DNA of 64,000 nucleotides from Terriglobia bacterium (GCA_963664115.2 CAXWPJ010000009.1:1120001-1184000); one strand, 5' to 3'. Positions 47,166 to 60,040 are shown, counted from the first letter of the stretch. Numbers and translations are program-made. The notes: generated from the sequence alone by a model not told the origin.

Positions 47166-48134
47166 TCAGGACACCAGTACGGCGGCCAGGTCCAGGAGCT
47201 CCATGTCCAACGGTTTTGCCTTGCCGGCGACTTCGTTGAGCGGTGTCGTTTGAGCGGCGCCGTTCAGAAGGCCCACCAGACAAGCAAATTCTTTCCTTTT
47301 GATTGCGGCGATCGCGCCTGCGCCTAAGCGAGTTGCGAGGAGCCTGTCAAACGCTGTTGGGGCCCCGCCCCGCTGCACGTGTCCCAGAATGGTCGCCCGA
47401 ATTTCAAATTCAAGATCGGATTGTTCCCTGAAGTACCGGCTGAGCGCTTCCGCGTTGCATTCGGCGCCTTCGGCAACGACGGCGAGTGCGTGCTGCTTTC
47501 CATTTTCATAGGCTGTCTGGAATTCCCGGGCGACCGCCTCCGGACTGATCGGGCGTTCGGGAATGGCGACGGCCTCCGCCCCACCGGTGATGCCTGCGAT
47601 CAGGGCGAGGTAACCGCAGTCGCGGCCCATGACTTCGACCACGAGACCGCGCTGATGGGACGAAGCCGTGACCTTCAATCGATCGATCGCCTCCAAAGCA
47701 ATGTTCAAGGCGGTATCCACGCCAATCGTGATATCGGACCCGGCAAGATCATTGTCGATTGTCGAGGCTACGCCTACGACCGGGAACCCCGCCTCTGATA
47801 GCGCAAACGCACCTTGTTGCGAACCGTTTCCCCCGATGACGACCAGGGCTTCGATTCCACATCCCGACAGTTGGTCCAGCGCTTGTGCCCGGCCCGCCTC
47901 GGTCGCGAACTCCGGGCATCGAGCTGTTCCCAGGAAAGTCCCGCCCCGCTGAATGATTCCGCTGACGGCTCGGCTTCCCAGCGGCGCAATCGCTCCACCG
48001 AGCAGCCCGTTAAAACCCCGTTCAACGCCGAAAACTTCAAAGCCCGCGTCCTGTCCTGCGCGGACGACAGTTCGGATGGCTGCGTTCATTCCCGGGGCAT
48101 CGCCCCCGCTGGTCAACACTGCGATTCGTTTCAT
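47166..48134 (-). CDS. pfkA: 6-phosphofructokinase
   Basis: TSGGDAPGMNAA, TIDND, EVMGR, LGHVQRGG. Confidence 0.95.
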   Translation of the reverse strand: MKRIAVLTSGGDAPGMNAAIRTVVRAGQDAGFEVFGVERGFNGLLGGAIAPLGSRAVSGIIQRGGTFLGTARCPEFATEAGRAQALDQLSGCGIEALVVIGGNGSQQGAFALSEAGFPVVGVASTIDNDLAGSDITIGVDTALNIALEAIDRLKVTASSHQRGLVVEVMGRDCGYLALIAGITGGAEAVAIPERPISPEAVAREFQTAYENGKQHALAVVAEGAECNAEALSRYFREQSDLEFEIRATILGHVQRGGAPTAFDRLLATRLGAGAIAAIKRKEFACLVGLLNGAAQTTPLNEVAGKAKPLDMELLDLAAVLVS

Positions 48135-48375
48135 AAAGAGAGTCTACCCGAAGACCACAAGACGGATGTTGGAGACAGGCCTGTCAACTCCAGAACTAGC
48201 CTAGTGAATTCTTGCATTTGCGAATTCCGGGTGTGACGCGTCTGTCCCCATAATTCCCTCCGCCGACAGACATTGACCCGGTCGCCGAAACTCCTTATTC
48301 TCTTGGGGTAGTGCCTGCGGCAATGCGCCGTAGCGGGCTACTCAGGCAAACACATTTAAGAGGAGACTTACAGGC

Positions 48376-48831
48376 ATGGATTTCAACTTCAAGCCCAATC
48401 GTTACCCCGAAGATCTCATCAAACCCATGAGAGAAGACCTCACGCGTTTGGGTGTTCGGGAAACGCGTACACCCGAAGAAGTCGATGAAGCGATTCAGAA
48501 CACGGACGGGACGACAATGGTGATCGTCAATTCCGTGTGTGGTTGTGCTGCGGGAAAGGCCCGGCCAGGTGTCGCCATGGCATTGGGTCATGCCGTCAAA
48601 CCGGACAACGTTATCACGGTGTTTGCCGGTGCGGACATTGAAGCCACCGAGAGGGCACGGGAGCTTTTCAAGGGTTACGCTCCATCATCTCCCTCGATCG
48701 CTCTCATGCAGAACGGGGAAGTGGTTTACATGCTGGAGCGCCACCAGATCGAGGGACGAGAGGCACCCGAGATCGCGGCCGTACTGACGGACGCGTTCGA
48801 TCAACTATGTGCGCCCGTTTCGAATGAATGA
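48376..48831 (+). CDS. BrxA/BrxB-family bacilliredoxin
   Basis: NSVCGCAAG (CGC motif), PSSPSIAL. Confidence 0.9.
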   Translation: MDFNFKPNRYPEDLIKPMREDLTRLGVRETRTPEEVDEAIQNTDGTTMVIVNSVCGCAAGKARPGVAMALGHAVKPDNVITVFAGADIEATERARELFKGYAPSSPSIALMQNGEVVYMLERHQIEGREAPEIAAVLTDAFDQLCAPVSNE

Positions 48832-49007
48832 AGATCTTCGATCCTCTGCGACTCGGGCATATGCTGGGTTGCACGCCGCTGGATGAGTTTTCTGGAATCG
48901 AGCGCAAATCTTGCTTAGAATGTCGGGACGGATGATCGCACAACAGTTTCATCGGCCCGATGTTTCCCACGCCGAGAAGAGGCGGTCTGTGTGAAGGAGG
49001 CCGTCTG

Positions 49008-49568
49008 ATGCCAAGTCGTGTGTTTGTGGGGAACCTCCCCTATGACGCGACGGAAGGCGAAATCCGGGAGCACTTTTCCGAAGTGGCGCCCGTTTCCCGC
49101 GTCTTCATGCCTCTGGACAGGGAGACAGGGCGACCGCGTGGTTTCGCATTCGTAGAGTTCGCTGAGGACGCACATGCTTCCTCGGCGATCCAACAGCTCC
49201 ATCAAAAGCCTTTCAAGGACAGGCCTCTGGTTGTCAACGAAGCCCGCCCAAGCGAAGGACGCCCATCGGGCGGATTTCGGCCGGGAGGGGCTTCCGGAGG
49301 CGGGTCGGCGCCTTACAGACCCCAATCGAGACCGGGTTCCGGTGGGCCGCCTCCCGCAGGCGACGCCCCCAGCAGTTCCGCTCCCTCACGTTCCCGCCGC
49401 CGTGGAGGCAAGCGCCCTTCCTGGGAGGAGGCGCCGAAGAAGGAGCCGATTCCAGAGGTGCGCCGCGCACAGATGTTTGGCGGGAACGAAGATATCGATG
49501 AGGACGAGGAAGATATCGAGTTTGAGAATTTCGCGACCAGTTTGCCCGAAGATGACGACGAAGAGTGA
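49008..49568 (+). CDS. RRM RNA-binding protein with Gly/Arg-rich and acidic tail
   Basis: VFVGNL (RNP2), RGFAFVEF (RNP1). Confidence 0.92.
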   Translation: MPSRVFVGNLPYDATEGEIREHFSEVAPVSRVFMPLDRETGRPRGFAFVEFAEDAHASSAIQQLHQKPFKDRPLVVNEARPSEGRPSGGFRPGGASGGGSAPYRPQSRPGSGGPPPAGDAPSSSAPSRSRRRGGKRPSWEEAPKKEPIPEVRRAQMFGGNEDIDEDEEDIEFENFATSLPEDDDEE

Positions 49569-49620
49569 GTGTCCGGACTTCTTTGCGATCCATCCCCAGC
49601 TTGTCTGATTTACAAAAAAC

Positions 49621-50211
49621 ATGAGTCAGTCCCGCTTTGTCCTTGGTGTCGACCTCGATGGTGTTTGCGCGGACTTTTATAAGGGCTTGCGCCCGATTGC
49701 GGCGGAATGGTTGGGAGTGCCTATTGAATCGCTCCCAATGGAAGTCAGTCACGGTTTGCGGGAATGGGGGATAGATTCCGCTCCCGGTGGATATGAAGCT
49801 CTTCACCGTTTCGCGGTGACCCAACGAAATCTGTTCCGGGAACTGGAACCCGTGAACCGGGCGGCCGCGACCTTACGCCAGATTTCTGCTCGGGACGTGC
49901 GTATTCGGATCATCACCAATCGACTCTTCATCAAGTACTTTCATCAGCAGGCTGTGCGCCAGACGATCGAGTGGCTCGATCACTACGACATCCCGTATTG
50001 GGATCTTTGTTTTATGCGAGACAAAGCTGCAGTCGGAGCGGATCTGTACATCGAGGATTCACCCGATAACATAGAGCAACTCCGGGGAGACGGCTATCCC
50101 ACGCTGGTCTTTTCGAACTCTACAAACCGCAGCCTTCCGCCTCCGCGTGCCGACTCATGGGACGACGTCGAACAGTTCGTGGGAGAAGAACTCGTGAGAT
50201 GGAAAGCCTGA
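49621..50211 (+). CDS. 5'(3')-deoxyribonucleotidase-like HAD protein
   Basis: DLDGV, YIEDS. Confidence 0.8.
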   Translation: MSQSRFVLGVDLDGVCADFYKGLRPIAAEWLGVPIESLPMEVSHGLREWGIDSAPGGYEALHRFAVTQRNLFRELEPVNRAAATLRQISARDVRIRIITNRLFIKYFHQQAVRQTIEWLDHYDIPYWDLCFMRDKAAVGADLYIEDSPDNIEQLRGDGYPTLVFSNSTNRSLPPPRADSWDDVEQFVGEELVRWKA

Positions 50212-50268
50212 CGGAAATTAGGAAATAAGGGGTCAGAGCCCTATGGTCCCATTTTCAGGAGGCAGAAA

Positions 50269-50739
50269 GTGACTCAGGACGAATCTTTGAGAAACCATTT
50301 GGTGGCCCTTCTCAAGGCCGGCCATTCACATTCTCCGATTGGACAGGTCGTCGCCGCGTGGCCTTCCGAATCGCGTGGAACGAAGCCGGGTGACGCGAAC
50401 CATACCGCATGGCAGTTACTGGAACACCTGCGAACTGCGCAGTGGGATATTCTTGGTTTTTCCCTCTCTGCCGATCACGTTTCACCTGAATTTCCCGATG
50501 GTTATTGGCCCGATAGCGATACACCACCCAACGACCAAGCCTGGGAGCAGAGTGTCGAACAGTTTGCGAAAGACCTGGAGGCGATGCGGGCCTTGGTTTC
50601 GGATCCGTCGACAGATCTTCATGCCCGGATACCTCACGGGGACGGCCAGACGATACTCCGGGAGGCCTTAACGCTGGCGTCCCACAACTCCTACCACATC
50701 GGGCAGCTCATGACCTTGAGGCGGGTGCTTGGAGTTTAG
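50269..50739 (+). CDS. DinB-family protein
   Basis: WQLLEH, HNSYHIGQ. Confidence 0.85.
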   Translation: MTQDESLRNHLVALLKAGHSHSPIGQVVAAWPSESRGTKPGDANHTAWQLLEHLRTAQWDILGFSLSADHVSPEFPDGYWPDSDTPPNDQAWEQSVEQFAKDLEAMRALVSDPSTDLHARIPHGDGQTILREALTLASHNSYHIGQLMTLRRVLGV

Positions 50740-50859
50740 CTCATGAAAGTTATGAGCCGACAATCCTGTTGAGCCGGAGACGAGAGTTACAATTCATGCC
50801 AAAACTCAGACGTCATTTACTTTATTGAGTAGTTTTACTCAGTGATGTAAAATAGTCGC

Positions 50860-51750
50860 ATGTCTGGCTACCAACGCCAACACGTGACAACTCTCATCAC
50901 CCGCCTGGAGGAACGACCAGAGCGACTGATCGTCATTTCCGGCCCGCGGCAGACTGGGAAGACCACACTTGTGCGGCAGGCCCTTGATCAGATCGACATA
51001 GGTAAACGCTACATCGCCATCGACGAACGCCAATCGGCAACTCCTTCACCTTCGCTCGACAGCCAAGAACAAGTCACTAAAACCAGCGACCCGCATGATG
51101 AAGAATGGTTGACCCGTGAGTGGGAGAAAGCGCGCAAAGATGCCGACCGTTCAGAACGTGGCTTCGTCCTGGTGCTGGACGAGATTCAGAAGATCGACCA
51201 GTGGTCGGAAACGGTTAAGGGTCTTTGGGACGCTGACCGAGCCGCTGAACGCCCCCTGCATGTAGTGATCCTCGGTTCGGCGCCACTACTAATGCAGCAA
51301 GGACTGACTGAGAGTTTGGCGGGGCGGTTCGAGTTGATTCGTGTTAACCACTGGTCTTTTCGCGAAATGGTGGATGCTTTCGGTTTCGATCTGCCGAGCT
51401 ATATCTATTTCGGTGGTTATCCTGGGGCCGCATACTACACAAAAAAACAACCACGCTGGCGCGAATATATTCGTTCTTCGCTGATCGAACCTAACATCGA
51501 AAGAGACATCCTTGATATGACACGCGTGGACAAACCCGCACTACTCAAACGGGCCTTTGAGTTGGGTAGCGCCTACTCGGGTCAAATTCTGTCTTACACC
51601 AAAATGCAGGGGCAACTGCAAGACGCCGGCAATACCACAACACTGGCACACTACCTGGAACTTCTATCGACTGCCGGTCTGCTAACGGGACTTCCGAAGT
51701 ACGCGGGCCAACAACACCGGCGCAGGGGGTCGAGTCCAAAGCTTAACGTT
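50860..51750 (+). pseudogene. AAA+ ATPase (AAA_14/DUF4143 type), truncated by IS3
   Basis: GPRQTGKT, VLDEIQ, ESLAGR, FGGYP; ends at SSPKLNV where the IS begins. Confidence 0.85.
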
Positions 51751-53240
51751 TGTACGTCGTCAGAATAATTCGGACAAAAAGACCATTTAGCTAAGAGACG
51801 GTTTTGAAGTTATACCACTCCAATCCTAAGGTTCTCGATTTTGCGTCGAGCCAGCGTTTTTCTTTTGATCTGGTCACGACGTGCAAGGATCTGCTGATCC
51901 CTCCCGAAGAACACGTCAGCCGGTGTCACGTTGTTCAGAGATTCGTGATACCGATGGTGGTTGTAGTGTTCGACCCATTGCGCGATCGCCTGCTCAAGTT
52001 CCCACGGATAATAGTAGTGTTCCAACTTGACCACGTTCTTCATCGAACGGTGATAGCGTTCGATCTTGCCCTGTGTCATCGGGTGATAGGGCGCACCCCG
52101 GGTGTGTTCCATACCACGACGTTGTAAATAGTCTTTGAGTTCGTGCGATACGTAGCAGGGGCCGTTGTCGCTCAACAATCGCGGTCGGTGCCGGACTTGT
52201 ACTTGTCCGACATCTGTCGCCTGTAGTGCAACGTCCAGCGTGTCCTGAACGTCAGATGCGGCCATGGTTTGAAAGAGCTTCCAGGCGATGATGTAGCGAG
52301 AGTAATCGTCCAGCACGGTCGACAGGTAGTACCAACCCCAACCGACGACCCTGAAGTAAGTGAAATCAGTTTGCCAGAGTTCGTTCACACGCCGGGTTGG
52401 CTGCTGGAAGTGATCGCTGGCCGTCATCACGATGTATGCGGGACTGGTGATCAGGTCGCATCTCTTCAGAATCCGATACACGCTGGATTCGGAGATGAAG
52501 TAGTCCTGGGTGTCGGTGATCTGCCAGGCCAGTTCCCGCGGTGAGGCTTCCGGGTGGTTCAACGCGGTTTCGACCACCTGTTCCCGCACCGGTCCCGGAA
52601 TCCGGTTCCAGCAGAAGCCGGGGCCGGAATGCCGATCTAACAAGCCGGCTGCGCCACGCTCTTTGTATCGTCGATACCAACCGTAGAACGTGCTGCGGGG
52701 GACGCCCAGCTCCCGGAGGGTCGCTGTCACCGACAACTCCGAGTCTTCCACCACTCGGATCGTCTCCAGCTTCTCAGATCCCGATTGCCTCATATATCGA
52801 TGCTCTCGGAGTCCGTTACGTTCAACGTTTTTTTCAGAAAACGATTCTTTAGCAGTATTTCGGCCACGACCTGCTTCAACTGATCGTTTTCCTGCCGCAA
52901 CTCGGTGACTTCGCTCGATGTCGCTTCCCGCTTCGTGTCCCCAGCCAGCCGTTTCTTCCCCGCCTCCAGGAAGTCCTTGCTCCACCGGTAATACAGATTT
53001 GACGGAATCCCTTCGCGTCGGCACAGTTCTGCGATGCTCTCTTCGCCTCGCAACCCTTCCAACACGATCCGCACTTTCTCCTCAGACGAGTACTTCTTGC
53101 GCGTCTTTCGACGAATCTCTCGTACCCGATTCTCTGCCGACACTTTCTCACTCATTCGATCCTCCTTCAGATCGTTCTGATTAGAAAAGTGTCTCTTAGT
53201 TTTTTAGGGTATTTCGTACGAAATGCTCTGACGGGCTACA
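51751..53240 (-). mobile_element. IS3-family element (orfA 53155-52790; orfB ending 51810; probable -1 frameshift)
   Basis: TG...CA ends with imperfect IRs TGTACGTCGTCAGA / TGTAGCCCGTCAGA; A7 slippery run at 52834-52828; WQTDFT, SDNG, GKIERYH. Confidence 0.92.
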
Positions 53241-56236
53241 CCCTGTGCAAAAGCCAGCGTACCGCAATCATTGAACGCGACCCGCTGGGTGTTGTGTTGT
53301 ACGGCGACGTTCAGGACTTCACACACCATGAGAAACGCCACGTGTTGGATGGTCTAGATAGAGAGGCGGCGCGTTATCCCTGGTTCCGTTCATCGCATTG
53401 GACGGCGTCCCCGTTTGGCGCCCTCGCCACACTGGATATGGAAGGGCAGTTCCGCGACATCCTGACCGCGCCCGATAGGAGCGAAACACGTCAAGCACTT
53501 GCCGATTGCGTGCTTGACGCCATGACTCACGGCGCCAGGTTTGCGTCGCTCGACGATATTCTGCTTGATGTCGTCCGAGATGCTACCTGGTGGCCACGCA
53601 TCCGACGGCACGCGCTTGAGGTTGTGCACCGCCATAGCGAAGGCAAACCCGGCTCTGACATCCGGCTCAAAACAATACTGGATGAGATTGGCAACGGCAT
53701 GGTAGCGGATCCTGACGACGATCTCATGGGATACCTGTTGACCGAGCTTTACCCAAGAACGGTTACGGCTGCGGCGCTGCTGGATTATTTTCACGCTCCC
53801 AAGCGGCGAAACTACATCGGCAGTTATCTTGCGTTCTGGAGGCACACACTGCTTGAGCAATCCTCTGATTCCGATGTCAGTATGTTGCTCGACGAACTCA
53901 TCGTTAGGCTGGACATCCTCAGGCCAATAATGAACGACCATTTTTTCCGCAATGTAGCCGACGGATTGCTGGAGCGCGGATTGGAGGCAGTCGGTGAATT
54001 CATAGATTCAGCGCGTCTCTACGGGTGGCTCGGCGCTGGCTTGGACGAATACGGCTTTTCTCATTCAGGAACAGGGACACAGATTGACAGCATCCGTTCT
54101 TGGCTGGAAATACACCCGGCGATCCAGAAAACTATAGTCGGCATTGGTCTGGACCGATGTGTCGAAACAGAGAACTTCGAACGTTGCATGCACAAGGTAC
54201 GTGGACGCCTGTTCCATGCCGATCCGCCAGCCGATTTCGGTCGGTGGTGCCTCGACCGAATGCGAGCGGCGGCCAACGACAGCGTTGGTCGCTATCTGTT
54301 GCAGGAGGCGTTCGCCACCGTTTGCAATCAGCACGGTGATGCCGGTCTTTCACTGGAAACGCTCCGGGACTTCGCAGACCAAGATCCGAAGCACAAAGAC
54401 TGGTTAAGTAACATGCTTGTCTGTCCTATTGACCCGGAAGAACGGGAATACATCCAGAAACGCCGCCTTCGTGAGGCAGAAGAGCGTAAAGAAAAGCAGG
54501 AATGGCTGCGTGTTGTGAAGTCTCATGAGAGTGAGTTGCGTGAAGGGCGGGCCTATCCTCGACTACTCCATGATCTGGCCACTGCCTATTTCGGCCATTT
54601 TGTTGGTTCAGAGGGTGACACTCCGACGGAACGGCTCAGGAATTTTCTGGGCAACGACGAGCAGCTCGTGGAATCCGTTTTTCAGGGGCTGCGTCGATCA
54701 CTGGAGCGCGACGACATTCCGGGAGTTACGGATATCATCGGGCTCTACACTGACGGCCAGTCTTACCTAATCAGTAGCCCATTTCTAGCTGGGTTGGAAG
54801 AGATTACACAAGCGTCGCAAGAGAACGTCAATCAGCTAAGCGATGAAAAGATTAGACAGGCGCTCGCCTTCCGCCTCACAGATGGCACGGGTGAGGACCC
54901 GGACTGGTACAAATCACTGTTTGGGTCACGGCCGGACCTCGTGGCCGAAGTATTGACGGCTTACGTCATCGCGGCATTCCGAAGGAAGGAACAGCACATC
55001 ACCTGCCTTTACGCGTTGGCCCGTGTGGATGACCATAATGCGGTTGCACGGTTGGCGTCCCTGGCCATGCTGAACGCCTTCCCCGCGCGCAGTACAAACC
55101 AACAACACACATCGCTGGACGAACTTCTGAAAGCAGCCTTGAGCCACTCCGATCGACGGAAATTGCTATGGCTGATCGAAAAAAAACTAAACCTTCACAG
55201 CATGAACGTGGGCCAGCGTGTTCGTTGGCTCGCGGCCGGCCTAATAGTCGCACCCAAGGAATATATGGAATTACTGGCAGACTTTACTGAAGGACAGGAA
55301 AAACGAGTCCAGCACCTTGCCAGCTTTCTCGCCGACGAGCGTGACCAGTACGTACCGCTTGATGACCTGCCAGTACCTGCGTTAGGGCTCCTGGTGAATC
55401 TCATTGGTCGATTCTTCGCACCTTACGAACTGAAAGAGAGTGGCTTCGTGTCACAGGGAATGAATACGGCCGATTTCGTGAATCGCCTGATTAGCCGCCT
55501 GGGATCGCACTCTGGAAAAGAAGCCACCGACGTGCTCTATACACTGTCGATGGATCCTGGATTGAACCGATGGCAGAACGCAGTCCGGCGAGCCCAGTTC
55601 GAACAAAGCGCGGCCCGGCGCGAGGCGAGTTTTCGCCGTCCCGATATTCGTCAGGTCAGCGAGACACTAAACAACCGGGCACCCGCGAATGCCGGCGACT
55701 TGGCGGCATTGACTACGGTCGTCTTAAGGGATTTGGCCAACCAGATACGAAATGGGAATACAGATGATTACCGCCAGTACTGGAACGAAGGGCCGCAACG
55801 TCAACTCGAATCCCCTAAACATGAAGAGGCTTGCCGGAATGCCCTCTTGTCGGATCTACAGCAGCGCATTGCACCGTTTCAAATCGACGCCCAGCCCGAA
55901 GGTCGATATGCTGACGACAAGCGAGCGGATATACGTGTGGCGTTCGGCGGTACTGATGGATTTGAAGTTCCCATCGAGATCAAGAAGAATTCTCATAGGA
56001 ATTTATGGCGTGCGATACACGAACAACTAATCGCAAAGTATACGCGAGCGCCGGATGCGGCTGGCTTCGGAATCTATCTGGTGTTCTGGTTCGGCTCCGA
56101 CAATACACAGCCTTCCGCAAGTGAACCGCCTCCACGTACGGCTGATGAACTGGGGCAGCGTCTTCGCGCCACCCTGTCCGTAGATGAAAATCGGAAGATC
56201 TCGGTCTGCGTGATTGACGTTGCCAAGTCTGGATAG
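53241..56236 (+). pseudogene. N-terminally truncated large helical protein with C-terminal PD-(D/E)xK nuclease-like domain
   Basis: Computed ORF start lies inside the IS end; C-terminal EEACRN...RADI...PIEIK...GIYLVFWFG. Confidence 0.62.
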
Positions 56237-56251
56237 TTTGTCGACGTTCTT

Positions 56252-58654
56252 TCAGAGCTTCAATCGCCGGAGACGCAATGCGTTCGAGATGACGGATACC
56301 GAGCTGAAAGTCATCGTGGCGCTTGCAATGATGGGGCTTAAAAGCACTCCAAAGAACGGGTAAAGCACCCCGGCGGCGAGCGGAATGCCGAGGGAGTTGT
56401 AGATGAAAGCGAAGAAGAGATTTTGCCTTATGTTGCTCATGGTTCCTCGGCTCAGTCGCCGCGCACGGACGATGCCTCGGAGGTCGCCTTTGATCAGCGT
56501 GACGCCCGCGCTTTCCATGGCGACGTCGGTCCCATGTCCCATCGCGATACCCACGTCTGCCTGGGCCAGGGCCGGTGCGTCGTTGATCCCGTCTCCGGCC
56601 ATCGCGACGACGCTTCCCAATTCCTGAAACTGCCGAACGGTTTCGTACTTCATTTCTGGGAGGACTTCGGCCCGCACGTCGTCGATGCCGAGCTTGGCCG
56701 CGACCGCTTCGGCGGTGGTTTGACTGTCGCCGGTCAACATAACGATCCGGACGCCTTCGGCATGGAGGGAGCGGATCGCGTCCGGAGTGCTTCTCTTGAT
56801 TGGATCGGCGACGGCGATCATGCCGACTGTGGAGTCGTCTACGGCGAGAAAGACGACTGTGGATCCGTTTTTACGGAGCGGTGCCGCATCGGCCGGCAGA
56901 GATCCCGGTTCGATGTTTCTGTTTTGAAGCAACGTAGGATTGCCCAGGACTACCTTGCGTCCACCCGCGACCCCAATGACACCTTTTCCCGTGATCGATC
57001 GGAATTTTTCTGCGGGTTCGAATCGCAGGCCGCGTTTACGTGCCTCCGATACGATGGCGTCAGCCAGGGGATGCTCGCTGACGGACTCGATGCTCGCGGC
57101 TATCGCCAGAACCTGGTCTTCGGTCCACGGTGATAGGGCGAGGACAGTTTCTACTTGAGGCTTGCCCTCGGTCAAAGTCCCGGTTTTATCGACGAGGAGT
57201 GTATCGACCTTTTCCAGGATCTCGAGTATTTCGGCGTTCTTGATCAGGACACCCTCGCTGGCACCCCGTCCGGTACCAACCATGATGGACATCGGTGTGG
57301 CCAGACCCAATGCACAGGGGCATGCGATGATGAGCACTGCGATCGCGTTGACTAATGCGAATGCCATCTTCGGGTCCGGTCCAACGAGAGCCCAGACAAT
57401 AAAGGTTATGACAGCGATCATCACAACGGCCGGAACAAAGTAGGATGCAACCACGTCAGCGAGGCGTTGGATCGGGGCCCGGCTGCGTTGTGCCTCCCCG
57501 ACCATTTTTACAATCTGTGCCAGCATCGTGTCCCGGCCGACTTTTTGAGCAACCATCACGAAAGTCCCGGTGCCGTTGACGGTCCCACCGGTGACTGCGG
57601 AACCGGTTTCTTTTTCGACGGGCACGGGTTCACCCGTCATCATGGATTCATCGATGCTCGAACGGCCTTCTTCGATGTGCCCGTCGACAGGAATCTTGTC
57701 TCCAGGCCGCACCCGGAGGCGGTCCCCCGCATGAACCTGATCCAGAGGAATGTCTTGCTCGCTTTGGTCATCCCCCACCCGGCGTGCCGTGGCTGGAGCC
57801 AATCCCAGCAACGCTCTGATGGCATTGCTTGTTCGGCCCCGCGCCCTTAGTTCGAGGACCTGACCTAAGAGAACGAGAACAGTGATCGCGGCGGCGGCTT
57901 CGAAGTAGACGAGCACCTCTCCATCATTTCCTCGAAAAGAAGCCGGAAATGAACCGGGAACGATCGTCGCGAGTGTGCTGTAGGCGTAAGCAGTACCGGT
58001 GCCGATCCCGATAAGGGTGAACATATTGAGGCTTCGATTCCGGAGGGAAAACCATGCCCTTTCAAAGAAAGGCCACCCGCACCATGCGACCACAGGTGTC
58101 GCCATCAACAACTGGATCCAATTCAGTGTGAGCGCGGAAACCCCGGAAACAGGATTACCTGGAATCATGTGTGTCATCGCCAGGATCAGGAGCGGCACCG
58201 TTAGCGCAACTCCCACCTTGAAGCGTCTTTCCATGTCCTCCAGTTCCGGGTTGGGCGTTTCCACCGCAGCGGCGGTCCGAGCCTCGAGAGCCATACCGCA
58301 CTTCGGGCATGAATCTGGTTCGGACTGGATGACTTCGGGGTGCATGGGGCAGCAGTACTCGACCCGAGGCGCGACAAATTCCAACTCCATGGGTTCCAGC
58401 GCCATGCCGCACTCTGGACATGGCCCCGGTCCCTGTTGCCGGACTTCTGGATCCATCGGGCACGTATAGACAGCTTGCGGATCGGTCGGTGGTGGCTGTG
58501 TCTGGAGGGGGCTTTCCTTTAGGTACTTCTGTGGGGATTGGGTGAAGCGGTCCGCACAGTGGGTAGAACAAAAGTGATAAAGAACTCCGTCGTGGTCGTG
58601 CCGAGCGGCGGCGGAGTTTTCTTCGACTTGCATGCCGCAGACGGGATCTTTCAC
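56252..58654 (-). CDS. copA: Cu(I)-translocating P1B-type ATPase with YHS-like and YxCPM domains
   Basis: DPVCGM, CPCALG, DKTGT, SEHP, GDGIND, YN. Confidence 0.93.
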   Translation of the reverse strand: MKDPVCGMQVEENSAAARHDHDGVLYHFCSTHCADRFTQSPQKYLKESPLQTQPPPTDPQAVYTCPMDPEVRQQGPGPCPECGMALEPMELEFVAPRVEYCCPMHPEVIQSEPDSCPKCGMALEARTAAAVETPNPELEDMERRFKVGVALTVPLLILAMTHMIPGNPVSGVSALTLNWIQLLMATPVVAWCGWPFFERAWFSLRNRSLNMFTLIGIGTGTAYAYSTLATIVPGSFPASFRGNDGEVLVYFEAAAAITVLVLLGQVLELRARGRTSNAIRALLGLAPATARRVGDDQSEQDIPLDQVHAGDRLRVRPGDKIPVDGHIEEGRSSIDESMMTGEPVPVEKETGSAVTGGTVNGTGTFVMVAQKVGRDTMLAQIVKMVGEAQRSRAPIQRLADVVASYFVPAVVMIAVITFIVWALVGPDPKMAFALVNAIAVLIIACPCALGLATPMSIMVGTGRGASEGVLIKNAEILEILEKVDTLLVDKTGTLTEGKPQVETVLALSPWTEDQVLAIAASIESVSEHPLADAIVSEARKRGLRFEPAEKFRSITGKGVIGVAGGRKVVLGNPTLLQNRNIEPGSLPADAAPLRKNGSTVVFLAVDDSTVGMIAVADPIKRSTPDAIRSLHAEGVRIVMLTGDSQTTAEAVAAKLGIDDVRAEVLPEMKYETVRQFQELGSVVAMAGDGINDAPALAQADVGIAMGHGTDVAMESAGVTLIKGDLRGIVRARRLSRGTMSNIRQNLFFAFIYNSLGIPLAAGVLYPFFGVLLSPIIASATMTFSSVSVISNALRLRRLKL

Positions 58655-58921
58655 AACTACAGTTTAACCTGCAAGTCGATTCGGACCGCCCGATCGATTC
58701 GATGGGTCGGCGGCTGCTCTTTGATGACACTTTGACCCGACCTTACGAGTGGGGGCCAGACGAACTGATCAAAATGGCACTCGCTTATCGAATAGTGCAG
58801 AACCTCATGAAGCAAAGTACTGGAAATTTAGGACGTTGCATCGATTCATGCTCCGGTATGCGGATTGCTCATAAAAGAGGTGGGTGCGTATGTATAAACC
58901 CGAAAGGGCGTCAAGTTATGT

Positions 58922-59905
58922 ATGTGGTCGCCCAACCTGCCTGGCATTGAAAAGATCCTGGTTCCCATCGACTTTTCCGATCCTTCAAAAAAAGCTCTTA
59001 GCTACGGTTTGTCTCTCGCCGTGGAACTGAATGCAACTCTGTTGCTGGCGCACGTGGTCGCCCAATCCGTTCCTCTGGCCTATGCCTATCCGGGGGAGAC
59101 CCAAGAGATGACGAAGGACCAACATGACGAGGTCAAGGCCAAACTGCGCGAACTGGTTCACGATGATTACTGCGAAACACTGAATAGCCGGTTCATCGTT
59201 AAGGTCGGCAACGTCGAAGACGAACTCCTGGCAATTGCGACTGAGGAGAACGTCGATCTTGTCGTTATGGGGACTCATGGACGCCGGCGCTTCGAACGCT
59301 GGCTCATGGGTTCGGTGACCGAACATTTCGTTCGAAAGGCTTCGGTTCCTGTGATGACGGTGTCCAATCTGGATGACGAACATCAAATAGAGGAGCCCGG
59401 ACCGATTCCACTGCGCAGATTGCTTTACGCTACCGGTTTGGATGGAACGCCCGATCGGCCTGACAAGGGAATGGCTATGGCCTTGATGCTGGCTCGGGAA
59501 TTCTCGGCCGAACTCACCGTCTTGCACGTGATGCCTCAACTTGAGGATGCCTACGGGTACGAGTACGTGCCTCTGGACTTGGAGGGTGACACCGCCAAAA
59601 TGCGCAGTCGTTTGATCGAGCGGCTCGAAACTGCGCTGCCCAAGCCCGCACTCAATGATCCGCACGTAAGCACTGAATTGGCTGAAGGTGTGCCTTATGA
59701 GCGAATACTCGAATTAGCCGAAGAAAGAAAGATCGACATCATCATCCTTAACACGCACGGGAAATCGGGCTTGGAGCGCGCGTTGCTTGGCTCGACCGCT
59801 GAGCGCGTCGTTCGCGGTGCTCACGTACCTGTGCTTTCTGTCCCACCAGTTGCCGAGTCTGAAGATCACCGCAAAGGCGCAAAGACGGAAAGGAAGACGG
59901 CTTAG
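58922..59905 (+). CDS. Tandem universal stress protein
   Basis: ILVPIDFS, MGTHG..GSVTE, LLGSTAE. Confidence 0.9.
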   Translation: MWSPNLPGIEKILVPIDFSDPSKKALSYGLSLAVELNATLLLAHVVAQSVPLAYAYPGETQEMTKDQHDEVKAKLRELVHDDYCETLNSRFIVKVGNVEDELLAIATEENVDLVVMGTHGRRRFERWLMGSVTEHFVRKASVPVMTVSNLDDEHQIEEPGPIPLRRLLYATGLDGTPDRPDKGMAMALMLAREFSAELTVLHVMPQLEDAYGYEYVPLDLEGDTAKMRSRLIERLETALPKPALNDPHVSTELAEGVPYERILELAEERKIDIIILNTHGKSGLERALLGSTAERVVRGAHVPVLSVPPVAESEDHRKGAKTERKTA

Positions 59906-60040
59906 TCTGTGTAGATTTCGTCTGAGACGATCTTCGTGGGTTCTCAAGGAGTTTTCGCTGACCCGAGCAGCGATAGTCGAGCGGTATACAGGCAGCCTAT
60001 CCCGTCTTTTTTCTTTCTTTGCGTCCTCAGCGTCTCTGCT
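59866..60040. repeat. REP-like element related to 40056-40205
   Basis: TCACCGCAAAGGCGCAAAGA ... CTTTGCGTCCTCAGCGTCTCTGC. Confidence 0.7.
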
